A DNA stretch of 55,717 nt from a virus (IMGVR_UViG_3300005611_000035:1-55717), one strand, 5' to 3'. Shown: positions 46,418 to 54,110, numbered from the stretch's first letter. Numbers and translations are program-made. Notes: generated by a model not told the origin, from the letters alone.

Positions 46418-46614
46418 TACGTACTAACTCCCGCTTTAACTTTGTGGCAGCTAGGTATAGCAATCATGCCTTGCTTCGTTAGCGCCTCACCAAAAGCTAT
46501 AACATCATCTATACAAGCTTGCTCTGTAGCAAAAGGCTGACTCTTTATCATAACCTTACAAGAGAATACTGTAGGGTCAGAACAAGCTAACATAATTGCA
46601 AGCCACATCACCAC
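46417..46614 (-). CDS. Small Cys-containing secreted or membrane protein
   Basis: Hydrophobic N-terminus ending in LAC. Confidence 0.5.
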   Translation of the reverse strand: MVMWLAIMLACSDPTVFSCKVMIKSQPFATEQACIDDVIAFGEALTKQGMIAIPSCHKVKAGVST

Positions 46615-46877
46615 TTCACTTTATCTGCCCAGTATGCTGCTGACATCTTTCCTTTAGATATATTCTTAGCATGGCGAGCCTTAAAAGACTTGCGCCTAGC
46701 TTTTTGTTTAGCTGTAGAGGGAGACTTTCCTGCTCCACTAACACCTTGCTGACCAAAGCGGATAATCTTTTCTTTGCCATTCTCACAAGCCTTTACTACG
46801 TGTGACTTAGTTTTATGCTTAGGAGTACGCTTAGGTTTGTTACAAGCCATACTCTTCTTGGATACAGGTTTAGCCAT
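46608..46877 (-). CDS. Small basic protein
   Basis: IIRFGQQG..RRKSFKARH..SAAYWA. Confidence 0.65.
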   Translation of the reverse strand: MAKPVSKKSMACNKPKRTPKHKTKSHVVKACENGKEKIIRFGQQGVSGAGKSPSTAKQKARRKSFKARHAKNISKGKMSAAYWADKVKW

Positions 46878-47127
46878 ACTCTCGTTCTCGCTCTGGGTCT
46901 AACACTTCATCCCTACTGAGATGCCCCTCTAAATACATAGCTCTCTCTACGTGATCTAACGTGTACCACTCACCAGTGCGGGAGTATATAGCTTCTCTAA
47001 CGTAGAACACATCTGACTTAGGTATGTGCACCTTACGCATAGCAGTAGGGTCATTGTTAGCAAGAGCATCATAGAAGTCTGTTAAAACATCTTCACTTGC
47101 ATATAGTTGTACAGGTTTGTTAGGCAT
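46870..47127 (-). CDS. Hypothetical protein, first conserved gene of the late arm
   Basis: ATG at 47127; HIPKSDVFYVR. Confidence 0.6.
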   Translation of the reverse strand: MPNKPVQLYASEDVLTDFYDALANNDPTAMRKVHIPKSDVFYVREAIYSRTGEWYTLDHVERAMYLEGHLSRDEVLDPEREREYG

Positions 47128-47133
47128 TGTCAA
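47103..47133 (-). promoter_or_regulatory. Promoter TTGACA-N16-TACAACTAT
   Basis: Matches the recurrent architecture; overlaps the start of the 46870 ORF. Confidence 0.55.
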
Positions 47134-47157
47134 GAAAAAAGATACATGTAAATACGT

Positions 47158-47301
47158 AAAAAAAGTACGTACTGCAAGTAGCTACAGGCTACACTGTAAA
47201 CGTTACAGAGAGGAGGGAGAGGAGACACACCGTTACAACATAACTGTATCTACTCACAGTACGTAGTCACATAGTATTATTACTTATTATGTTTTGTGAC
47301 T
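47158..47301 (-). ncRNA. Putative small RNA with an anti-Shine-Dalgarno loop
   Basis: Upstream TTGACA-N18-TATACT, 5' hairpin, long stem enclosing GUGUGUCUCCUCUCCCUCCUCUC, 3' U7 tract. Confidence 0.6.
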
Positions 47302-47307
47302 AGGTGT

Positions 47308-47337
47308 AGTATAACATTAATGTTAAAACTATGTCAA
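47308..47337 (-). promoter_or_regulatory. Sigma70-like promoter of the putative sRNA
   Basis: TTGACA-N18-TATACT preceded by TGT. Confidence 0.6.
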
Positions 47338-47373
47338 GTACAAATATTAATATTATTACTAATATAAGTAAAT

Positions 47374-47456
47374 TATTATTATAGTTACTATAGTATGTTT
47401 TAACTATTATAGTTTTTACTATTATTATAGTTACTATAGTATGTTTTAACTATTAT
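47374..47456. repeat. AT-rich 37-bp direct repeat x2 (period 46)
   Basis: TATTATTATAGTTACTATAGTATGTTTTAACTATTAT at 47374 and 47420. Confidence 0.85.
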
Positions 47457-47527
47457 GTGTAACTACTCTTAAGTGTTATTACTTAATAAAGTTTAAACTA
47501 TTATGTTATACTTACCCCCTTTCCCCC

Positions 47528-47558
47528 ATAGTTATACAAATTGTCAAGCCCCTGTCAA
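47528..47558 (-). promoter_or_regulatory. Promoter TTGACA-N16-TATAACTAT
   Basis: Matches the recurrent architecture. Confidence 0.6.
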
Positions 47559-47619
47559 GTCACTTTTCTGTAAACCTATACTTAATAGTCAGGAAAGTTA
47601 TGCTTTTTAGCCATACCCC

Positions 47620-48381
47620 CTAGTTGTTAGACTTGAATACGTTAACATAACCAGGCAGAACCTGTAAGTTCCAAGGCACATGTAACCCACAGATGTTCTC
47701 ACCTCTTAGTGGTACTATATGATCTACGTGATAGTCTTCACCAGTAATAGACCTACAGTCACGCATTAGTTCATACGTATCTGCTATCTGTTGTTTATGC
47801 TCTTTGCTTAACCATTTAGGTGTAGCTTGTCTGTTGCGGCGATCACGTAATGCGTTATTGCGTTTCTTACGGTGCCTACCTTCAGGTGTGTTTTCATAGT
47901 GTCTATTGTTAGTACGCCTACAGGTTTTACATTTAGCGTAGGGGACTTTGTAAGTACTACCGTCTTTACGCTTACGGTTACGCATGTGGTACTGGGATAA
48001 AGGCTTCTCTTCTTTACAGGTACTACATGTTTTAACACCTGTTGCTAAAGCAGCCTCACGTTCTTGTTCTGCTTTCTTGCGCCATTCTTCTTGTATCTTT
48101 TCTATAGCACCGCTTTCTATATACTCTGCATACCAAGCTTCCCACTTTGCTTTGCCAGCTTCCTGCCTCTCTTCGGGAGAAAGTTTTGGTTTACGTACTC
48201 TATTTAGCCATTTCTCCCGTGTTAAGGCTATTTTAGAGCGATTCTTAGAAGAATATTCTCTTATGTACTCTCTTCTACAAGCCTTACATCTACCTGTAGG
48301 TACTTTATCGCCGTTAGCTTTAGTACGCTTATCAAACTTGTCTAACTCTTTTGTTTCATTACATACTGTGCAGCTTTTCAT
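47620..48381 (-). CDS. HNH homing endonuclease with two Cys4 modules
   Basis: AAGGAGG RBS before ATG 48381; ATPKWL..HVDHIVPLRG..CGLHVPWNL. Confidence 0.88.
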   Translation of the reverse strand: MKSCTVCNETKELDKFDKRTKANGDKVPTGRCKACRREYIREYSSKNRSKIALTREKWLNRVRKPKLSPEERQEAGKAKWEAWYAEYIESGAIEKIQEEWRKKAEQEREAALATGVKTCSTCKEEKPLSQYHMRNRKRKDGSTYKVPYAKCKTCRRTNNRHYENTPEGRHRKKRNNALRDRRNRQATPKWLSKEHKQQIADTYELMRDCRSITGEDYHVDHIVPLRGENICGLHVPWNLQVLPGYVNVFKSNN

Positions 48382-48402
48382 GTTTTCCTCCTTGGTGTGC
48401 AT

Positions 48403-48433
48403 ATAGTTATACTCATGTGTATACATATGTCAA
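48403..48433 (-). promoter_or_regulatory. Promoter TTGACA-N16-TATAACTAT of the HNH gene
   Basis: Matches the recurrent architecture. Confidence 0.65.
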
Positions 48434-48707
48434 TAGGGGGGTGTGACACTTTAAAAAAGCTCGTGTGTGTATTTGTACATATACGTATTACGTACCCACC
48501 CCGTATGGCCCCCGTGCCGCATCGACAGATATAGCTAAGCTGCTGAAAACATTGAGCTTTCTACTTCTAGTTGTGTCCCGGATTTAAATACAATTTTATT
48601 CTAGCTAGTAAATATACTGCTATGTTGTTGTTTTTATTATGTTTTACTAGTGATATGGCTTCACTAGTTTTGTATATATGTAAAAAAAGCATATCCCTAT
48701 TTTGGCT

Positions 48708-48801
48708 TGTGATCACAAACAAAAGAGACGTGCACGAAACACATTTATGTGATCACAAAATAGTAATACTCTTTTTTGTCTACTCATTATTTGTGATCAC
48801 A
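48708..48801. repeat. Three copies of the palindrome TGTGATCACA
   Basis: At 48708, 48748 and 48792 in the non-coding divergence region. Confidence 0.85.
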
Positions 48802-48966
48802 TTTCCAGTACAACCAATGCGATACCTTAGCACAACCTGAAGTAGAGCTTATATAGTAATACTGTGCATGTTGTGCTTTTAAAGCTAGACTTATCTTACT
48901 CACTACTAAAAACATTAATGAAAACAATAGCTTATAAAAAAGTTGCATAAAAAGTAAAAAAAGTGC

Positions 48967-48996
48967 TTGCAATATTCAAAACAATCTGTGCATAGT
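48967..48996 (+). promoter_or_regulatory. Early sigma70-like promoter TTGCAA-N18-CATAGT with an A-rich upstream tract
   Basis: A-tracts upstream, TGTG before the -10; first promoter of the plus arm. Confidence 0.5.
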
Positions 48997-49002
48997 TATT
49001 AC

Positions 49003-49450
49003 ATCGAAAGCGACAAGAAACAAACGCACAAGATAAGACCTAGCAAAGTTTCAGCGTCCTAAGCGATCAGCACTCTTGAAAGAGACTTGCACAAACTAAA
49101 AACTGAAAGACTAAACGCAACACAAAGGAGACACACGAACCGGACACACGATAGATACTGACACACCTTGTATCGACGTTATTTGACATAGCAGCCCTGG
49201 CTGACTGGGTGAGGTGCGCCCGGCTGCAACCTATACTGTGACGGTATGACAGTATAATCCTTGCTAGGATAAGGTATAGACTTAAGCGTACCCTTGGTGG
49301 CAAACACATCTGACAAATGTGCTACCTACCTTGACCGATAGGTGGCAAACGGCGTGACGTGACATCATATAGATGTAGTCTCACAATGGGCGTCCAAGGC
49401 TGAAAGGGTGCGTGTGATCTAAAACGTAGCACGATTAATGCAAAAAACTT
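49003..49450 (+). ncRNA. Putative large structured non-coding RNA or early leader
   Basis: No plus-strand ORF of 60 aa or more in the ORF track; at least 7 helices including long-range pairs. Confidence 0.5.
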
Positions 49451-49510
49451 TCTTGACAGATAGGCGCTATATGTGCCTATTCTCAAGACAGTTAAACGAG
49501 AGGTGAGACA

Positions 49511-50131
49511 ATGCAACAAGTACACATTAGCAAAATGACGGGTAAGCTTGACGGGTTCAAAGCCATCAGCACCAACACAATCACCAATGATTACTGCAAC
49601 AAGCAACACATCAAAGGCAAAGCCACGGGTGACAATATATGTGGTGACTGTTACAGCCACGCTATGCTCAATACGTACCGCAAGAATATGCAAGCTGCGT
49701 TGCAACGTAATAGCGATTTATTGTCCAGTAGACCATTGGAACCGCAAGAGATACCAAGAGTGACGGACGCAATGTTCCGCTTCAATGCACACGGTGAGCT
49801 TATCAATATGCAACACCTAGAAAATCTCATGGCAATAGTGCAAGACAATCCTTGGTGTACCTTTGCCTTATGGACTAAGCGAGTTGACCTAGTGTTCCGT
49901 TGGCTACGCAACAATGACAAGCCAACAAACTTAAACCTGATATACTCAAACCCTAAGAAAGGACACATCATGTCCAAGCCACCAAAGGGATTTGACAAGA
50001 CGTTTAACAATGTACAAGAGGATGAATTTGTTGACCGACAAAACTGTACAGGACAGAAATGCAAAGATTGTCGCTTGTGTTATACTTTCAATGACACAAG
50101 AACCATTGTTGAAAAAGTTAAAAAGTATTAA
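49511..50131 (+). CDS. Gp88-like Cys-rich protein
   Basis: C..C..CY, FRFNAHGEL, FALWTKR, C..KCKDCRLCY. Confidence 0.65.
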   Translation: MQQVHISKMTGKLDGFKAISTNTITNDYCNKQHIKGKATGDNICGDCYSHAMLNTYRKNMQAALQRNSDLLSSRPLEPQEIPRVTDAMFRFNAHGELINMQHLENLMAIVQDNPWCTFALWTKRVDLVFRWLRNNDKPTNLNLIYSNPKKGHIMSKPPKGFDKTFNNVQEDEFVDRQNCTGQKCKDCRLCYTFNDTRTIVEKVKKY

Positions 50132-50190
50132 CTTGACAACTAAACTTAACTATGATCCAACTTAATCGAACAGCAAAGGAGATACACATC

Positions 50191-50424
50191 ATGTTCGTAC
50201 TATTCGCAACCAAGCCACTCAATGATGGCACCAAAGGATTCCGTTTCAACTTTTGCGGCAAGAAAGGTATCGTTCGCTTCCGTAAACGGCGCAGTGCTTG
50301 GCACTTAGGCTACCGCAAAGGTAAGTGCACAAATATCCTAGAGGTATATCCCTTGTATATCTCACTAGAGCAAAAGCAAAATCGGTTCAACCTTGAGCGC
50401 AAGCTTCGCCACTTTGCAGGGTAA
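50191..50424 (+). CDS. Early basic hypothetical protein
   Basis: AAGGAG RBS before ATG 50191. Confidence 0.6.
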   Translation: MFVLFATKPLNDGTKGFRFNFCGKKGIVRFRKRRSAWHLGYRKGKCTNILEVYPLYISLEQKQNRFNLERKLRHFAG

Positions 50425-50428
50425 TACT

Positions 50429-50656
50429 ATGGCTAAACTGGACTTCAACAACATTGTGGTACGTCATAACGGGCGTACCATATCCATCGCCCAACATTGG
50501 GAGCAAACCGACGAAGGTTACTTCTTGAACACACAAGAAATACTTGACCTTGGCACATCAGGATCTGACTATGAAGCTGATCCCATTAGGTTTAACGGTA
50601 CAGTTGACGATCTAATCAATGCCTTACAAGCTATCAAAATGGAGATTGACCAATGA
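50429..50656 (+). CDS. Early hypothetical protein
   Basis: ORF track, trimmed to ATG. Confidence 0.55.
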   Translation: MAKLDFNNIVVRHNGRTISIAQHWEQTDEGYFLNTQEILDLGTSGSDYEADPIRFNGTVDDLINALQAIKMEIDQ

Positions 50657-50844
50657 CGCTTAGAGAATTGACACAAGCTTTGGCAAATCATGATGACGTG
50701 CGCTGGGGCAATGATGGCTACCGTGTACAGTGGGAACATTTACCTGATGGACCTGCTATCACCATAAGATGCACAGCCAATGGTTTTGGTGGTGCGATGG
50801 CTAATAGTGAAATGAAAGACTGCTACATTAAGGAGACACAATGA
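50653..50844 (+). CDS. Early hypothetical protein
   Basis: GGAG RBS, ATGA overlaps. Confidence 0.6.
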   Translation: MTLRELTQALANHDDVRWGNDGYRVQWEHLPDGPAITIRCTANGFGGAMANSEMKDCYIKETQ

Positions 50845-51020
50845 GCAAAGACTTCACAGTGGAACTCGCAAAGCAACGAGGTGTTGCTGAGGTAATAGTC
50901 AAACTGCGCGGTGGACACATAAGTGTGCTGCATTGTGAGACAGGCAAAGTTTTAATTGAACGTCCCGCATATGAAGGTGATTGGGATAAACTATGGCTAG
51001 CATTGGAGGGCAAGCAATGA
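50841..51020 (+). CDS. Early hypothetical protein (59 aa)
   Basis: AAGGAG RBS, ATGA overlaps; not in the ORF track. Confidence 0.6.
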   Translation: MSKDFTVELAKQRGVAEVIVKLRGGHISVLHCETGKVLIERPAYEGDWDKLWLALEGKQ

Positions 51021-51145
51021 CAACCTTTACAAAGAAAGAACAGATACTTTTACTTGTGGCTGACTTGGGTTGGGATTACGACAGGATGTCCAGTTCAGGA
51101 CGGAAAACATATGACGAGCTATGCAATCTTTTGGGGATAGAATGA
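51017..51145 (+). CDS. Early hypothetical protein (42 aa)
   Basis: GGAGG RBS, ATGA overlaps; LGWDYDRMSSSG. Confidence 0.55.
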   Translation: MTTFTKKEQILLLVADLGWDYDRMSSSGRKTYDELCNLLGIE

Positions 51146-51351
51146 TGGACGCTCCGTTAGCAATACAGATATGTGAACAGCTAGTCATGGCTGAACACGA
51201 TGAAGAAGTAGAAGCTTGGCAATATCTGATCGACACAGGCTTAGCGTGGCAACTACAAGGGTGGTACGGACGTACTGCCCAGCGCCTAATCAACGATGGG
51301 TACTGTACGTATACAGATAGAGCAGATGAGAGGAGACAAAGTAATGACTAA
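51142..51351 (+). CDS. Early hypothetical protein
   Basis: AWQYLIDTGLAWQLQGWYGRTA..LI..G motif. Confidence 0.65.
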   Translation: MMDAPLAIQICEQLVMAEHDEEVEAWQYLIDTGLAWQLQGWYGRTAQRLINDGYCTYTDRADERRQSND

Positions 51352-52066
51352 AGGTATCGTATTATCACTGTATGACTACACAGGCGAAGCACTAAAGCCG
51401 TGGGCAGAAGCAGGGTATCAGTGTTACGCCTTCGATATACAGCATGAGCATAACATTGAAGAATACCATGAGTATGACAGTGGCGGTAGCATAAGTTACA
51501 TACACATGGATCTCTGGAATAGTAGCAACATATCTAAGCTACATGAATGGTTTGAATATGATAATGTAGTATTTGGCATGGCCTTCCCTGTCTGTACAGA
51601 CTTAGCTGTATCAGGTGCGGCACACTTTGCACGTAAAGAAAAAGAAAATCCAGGATTTCAAACCAAAGCAAGCAACCATGCTCGCTGGTGCGCTGATCTA
51701 TTCGATGCGCTGGGTTGTCCTTACTTCATAGAAAATCCAGTCAGTGTCTTAGCTACCAAGTGGCGCAAGCCTGACTACTCGTTCCACCCTTATGAGTATG
51801 GCAATTACATACACGACGATGAAGCAGAGCATCCACGCTGGCCTGATTATATCGCAGCCAAGGATGCGTATCCTAAGAAGACATGCCTATGGACAGGCAA
51901 TGGTTTCACTATGCCTTGGACTGACCCTGTTGAACCTGAGAAGGGACACAGTAGGCAACACTTGAAGCTTGGTGGTAAATCTGCTAAGACTAAGAACATA
52001 CGCAGTGCAACGCCTCGTGGCTTCGCTCGTGCAGTGTATGAGTTTAACAGTATGGAGACAATATGA
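51344..52066 (+). CDS. DNA cytosine-C5 methyltransferase-like protein
   Basis: LSLYDYTG (motif I variant), FDI, AFPVCT (PC variant), IENPV, KKTCLW, RSATP.GFA. Confidence 0.75.
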   Translation: MTKGIVLSLYDYTGEALKPWAEAGYQCYAFDIQHEHNIEEYHEYDSGGSISYIHMDLWNSSNISKLHEWFEYDNVVFGMAFPVCTDLAVSGAAHFARKEKENPGFQTKASNHARWCADLFDALGCPYFIENPVSVLATKWRKPDYSFHPYEYGNYIHDDEAEHPRWPDYIAAKDAYPKKTCLWTGNGFTMPWTDPVEPEKGHSRQHLKLGGKSAKTKNIRSATPRGFARAVYEFNSMETI

Positions 52067-52404
52067 TGGAACTTAAAGTTAATGGAAGAGACTTCCCTGA
52101 TTTAACAGCATCAAACGTAGAGGACATGCTTGGCGTATTACCTTATTGGGTAGGCGAGTACATCCTATACGGCTGGAAAAAAATGGACATCGTAGGTTTT
52201 ATGACTGACCGCTACGGCTTTGGTGAGCTATACAAATTCAAGGGTGAGGTCTTACCAAATGGCACATACAAGTCTGAAGATGATCCTGACCTACCGTATG
52301 TAGCAAGAATGAATACGCCCAGTGGCAATGTTTACTTCTACGAATACGCTATGCTTGCACTGCCATTACCTGATGGATCACATTTTGTAACAAGGATGGA
52401 CTAA
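52063..52404 (+). CDS. Early hypothetical protein
   Basis: GGAG RBS; ends in TRMD. Confidence 0.65.
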   Translation: MMELKVNGRDFPDLTASNVEDMLGVLPYWVGEYILYGWKKMDIVGFMTDRYGFGELYKFKGEVLPNGTYKSEDDPDLPYVARMNTPSGNVYFYEYAMLALPLPDGSHFVTRMD

Positions 52405-52408
52405 CACA

Positions 52409-52609
52409 ATGATAACACTTGTCGTGCCTATAGTATGTTGGTTTCTGCTGATACTTACGATGGGGGTGCTAGCTACTATAGGCATGGACGTAAAAGAGTT
52501 TGACACAGTAGGTATATTTTTTGTATACCTGCAAATAGCAACAGTAATACTAGTAATACGCTGGCTTAAGAGGAGAAGAAGTAATGTACAGAGTTCTGTA
52601 TTACGATAA
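52409..52609 (+). CDS. Small two-TM membrane protein
   Basis: Two hydrophobic segments and a basic tail. Confidence 0.55.
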   Translation: MITLVVPIVCWFLLILTMGVLATIGMDVKEFDTVGIFFVYLQIATVILVIRWLKRRRSNVQSSVLR

Positions 52610-52721
52610 CAATCACAAGCTTATCTGCTGGTACACTACACCAAAGAAGCTTGAAGCAGAAAGACTTGTAACTAAAACAAGACACTGGTATTCAAAACTT
52701 GAGGAGATAACAAATGCCTAA
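52584..52721 (+). CDS. Small hypothetical protein (45 aa)
   Basis: GAGGAG RBS; not in the ORF track. Confidence 0.5.
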   Translation: MYRVLYYDNNHKLICWYTTPKKLEAERLVTKTRHWYSKLEEITNA

Positions 52722-52893
52722 ATATAATGTTGAACACCTAGCTAATATACACAAGTACCACAATGATCTGCAAAGACAAATAGATGACGCAGATTGGATA
52801 GGTCAGTATGAAAGTGTGGATTACCTACGCAAAGAGTTAGAGCTAGTAAAGGAAAGCATGAATAATGGTGACGTTTATTATCCATTGTTTTGA
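52714..52893 (+). CDS. Small hypothetical protein (59 aa)
   Basis: GAGGAG RBS; not in the ORF track. Confidence 0.55.
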   Translation: MPKYNVEHLANIHKYHNDLQRQIDDADWIGQYESVDYLRKELELVKESMNNGDVYYPLF

Positions 52894-52971
52894 TGTAGTA
52901 CTGAGATGGCTTATCCCTTTATATATCCTGGCTCCTTTCATTTATATCTTCTTGGTATACGTAGGGGCATT

Positions 52972-53199
52972 ATGAAGGTACTCGTTCCACTTGGGCGCTA
53001 CGCCAAAAGAATATTAACAGCACTGAGCGTTCTACTGAATGTGCTACTAGGAGGGAGCAATAACCAAACGTTCAGTGCAAGGAACCACCAATGGCAGAGA
53101 GATGGAAAGCCTAACATTGTATACTTCATTGACTTAACTCTAGGTAAAGGTCATTGTGTAGAGTGTTGGGTGTACTGGAAAGTGAGGAGAAAATGGTAA
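52972..53199 (+). CDS. Hypothetical protein
   Basis: LNVLLGGSNNQTFSARN..HC motif. Confidence 0.55.
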   Translation: MKVLVPLGRYAKRILTALSVLLNVLLGGSNNQTFSARNHQWQRDGKPNIVYFIDLTLGKGHCVECWVYWKVRRKW

Positions 53200-54110
53200 A
53201 ACTACCCAAGAAGTCAGCCACAGTAGGTGACATCGTTAGCTTTTACTTACGCAGCGATCACTTCGCTAGGCTGTCAGGCGCTACACAAAAGCAATACGAG
53301 CATCACTTAGATGCTGCACTAGATACACGTGTCTTAGGTAAACGCATAGAAGACTATCGTGCTCGTTCACTTAAGGCACAGCATACTAACTTAGCCTATC
53401 AAAAGTGGCTAGACAAAGGCATACGTACAGCTAACTACCGCAAGGCTGCACTGAGTACAGCATGGAAGTATTGCATGAGGCTAGACATCATGGAGAACGA
53501 TCCTGTTAGACTTATCAAAGCTGAGACAGACACGCCACGCAAGGTACGCTGGACACGGGAGCAGGTACATACCTTCCTTAACACTGCATACTCTGACTTC
53601 AAGTGGCGTAGCATAGGGCTAATCGTACACATGGCATACGATCTAGCTCAACGTGTAGGTGATATGCGTCTTCTGACATGGGATAAAGTAAACCTTGATG
53701 CCCAGCGCATAGACCTAACACAAAGTAAGCGTGGAGCAGACGTTCATTTACCTATCTCAGAGGCGCTGACAGCTATGCTACAGGCGCAGAAGGAAGACTT
53801 TGGGTTTCAACCCTATGTAGCACCCAAAACCAAGCCTGTAGCGGGATCTTATGCGCCGTACCCAGTAGACCAAATTGATGGTGCAATCAATGAAGTCAAG
53901 GAAGCTGCAGGACTACCAAAGAATATCACTGCTATGGATCTACGCCGTACTGCTATCACTGAGATGGTAGAGGGTGGCGCAGACTTAGCTCAAATCATGC
54001 AGGTCAGTGGTCACGCAGATCCTGGATCAGTTAAACCTTACCTAGTAAACACATTCAGCGGTGCTAAGAACGCATTATCCAAGAGGCATAAACTTAATGA
54101 AGAACATTAA
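53193..54110 (+). CDS. int: Tyrosine recombinase / integrase
   Basis: AQRVGD (R), QSK (K), MDLRRT, SGH, KPY (Y); GAGGAG RBS. Confidence 0.88.
   Translation: MVKLPKKSATVGDIVSFYLRSDHFARLSGATQKQYEHHLDAALDTRVLGKRIEDYRARSLKAQHTNLAYQKWLDKGIRTANYRKAALSTAWKYCMRLDIMENDPVRLIKAETDTPRKVRWTREQVHTFLNTAYSDFKWRSIGLIVHMAYDLAQRVGDMRLLTWDKVNLDAQRIDLTQSKRGADVHLPISEALTAMLQAQKEDFGFQPYVAPKTKPVAGSYAPYPVDQIDGAINEVKEAAGLPKNITAMDLRRTAITEMVEGGADLAQIMQVSGHADPGSVKPYLVNTFSGAKNALSKRHKLNEEH

Noticed and set aside
47374-48801. CRISPR mini-array from the 37-bp repeat or the TGTGATCACA repeats
   Set aside because: The 37-mer has only two copies with a 9-bp gap, the palindromes are only 10 bp, and there are no cas genes; the Cas4-like gene is an ordinary replication-module exonuclease
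49003-49450. tRNA, tmRNA or RNase P identity for the structured early RNA
   Set aside because: No T-loop GTTCRA, CCA acceptor end or RNase P P4 consensus found by eye
48571-49705. ORF-track calls 48571-48840, 48787-48972, 49067-49309 and 49322-49705
   Set aside because: No RBS, atypical composition, or antisense to the early transcription direction; the region looks regulatory
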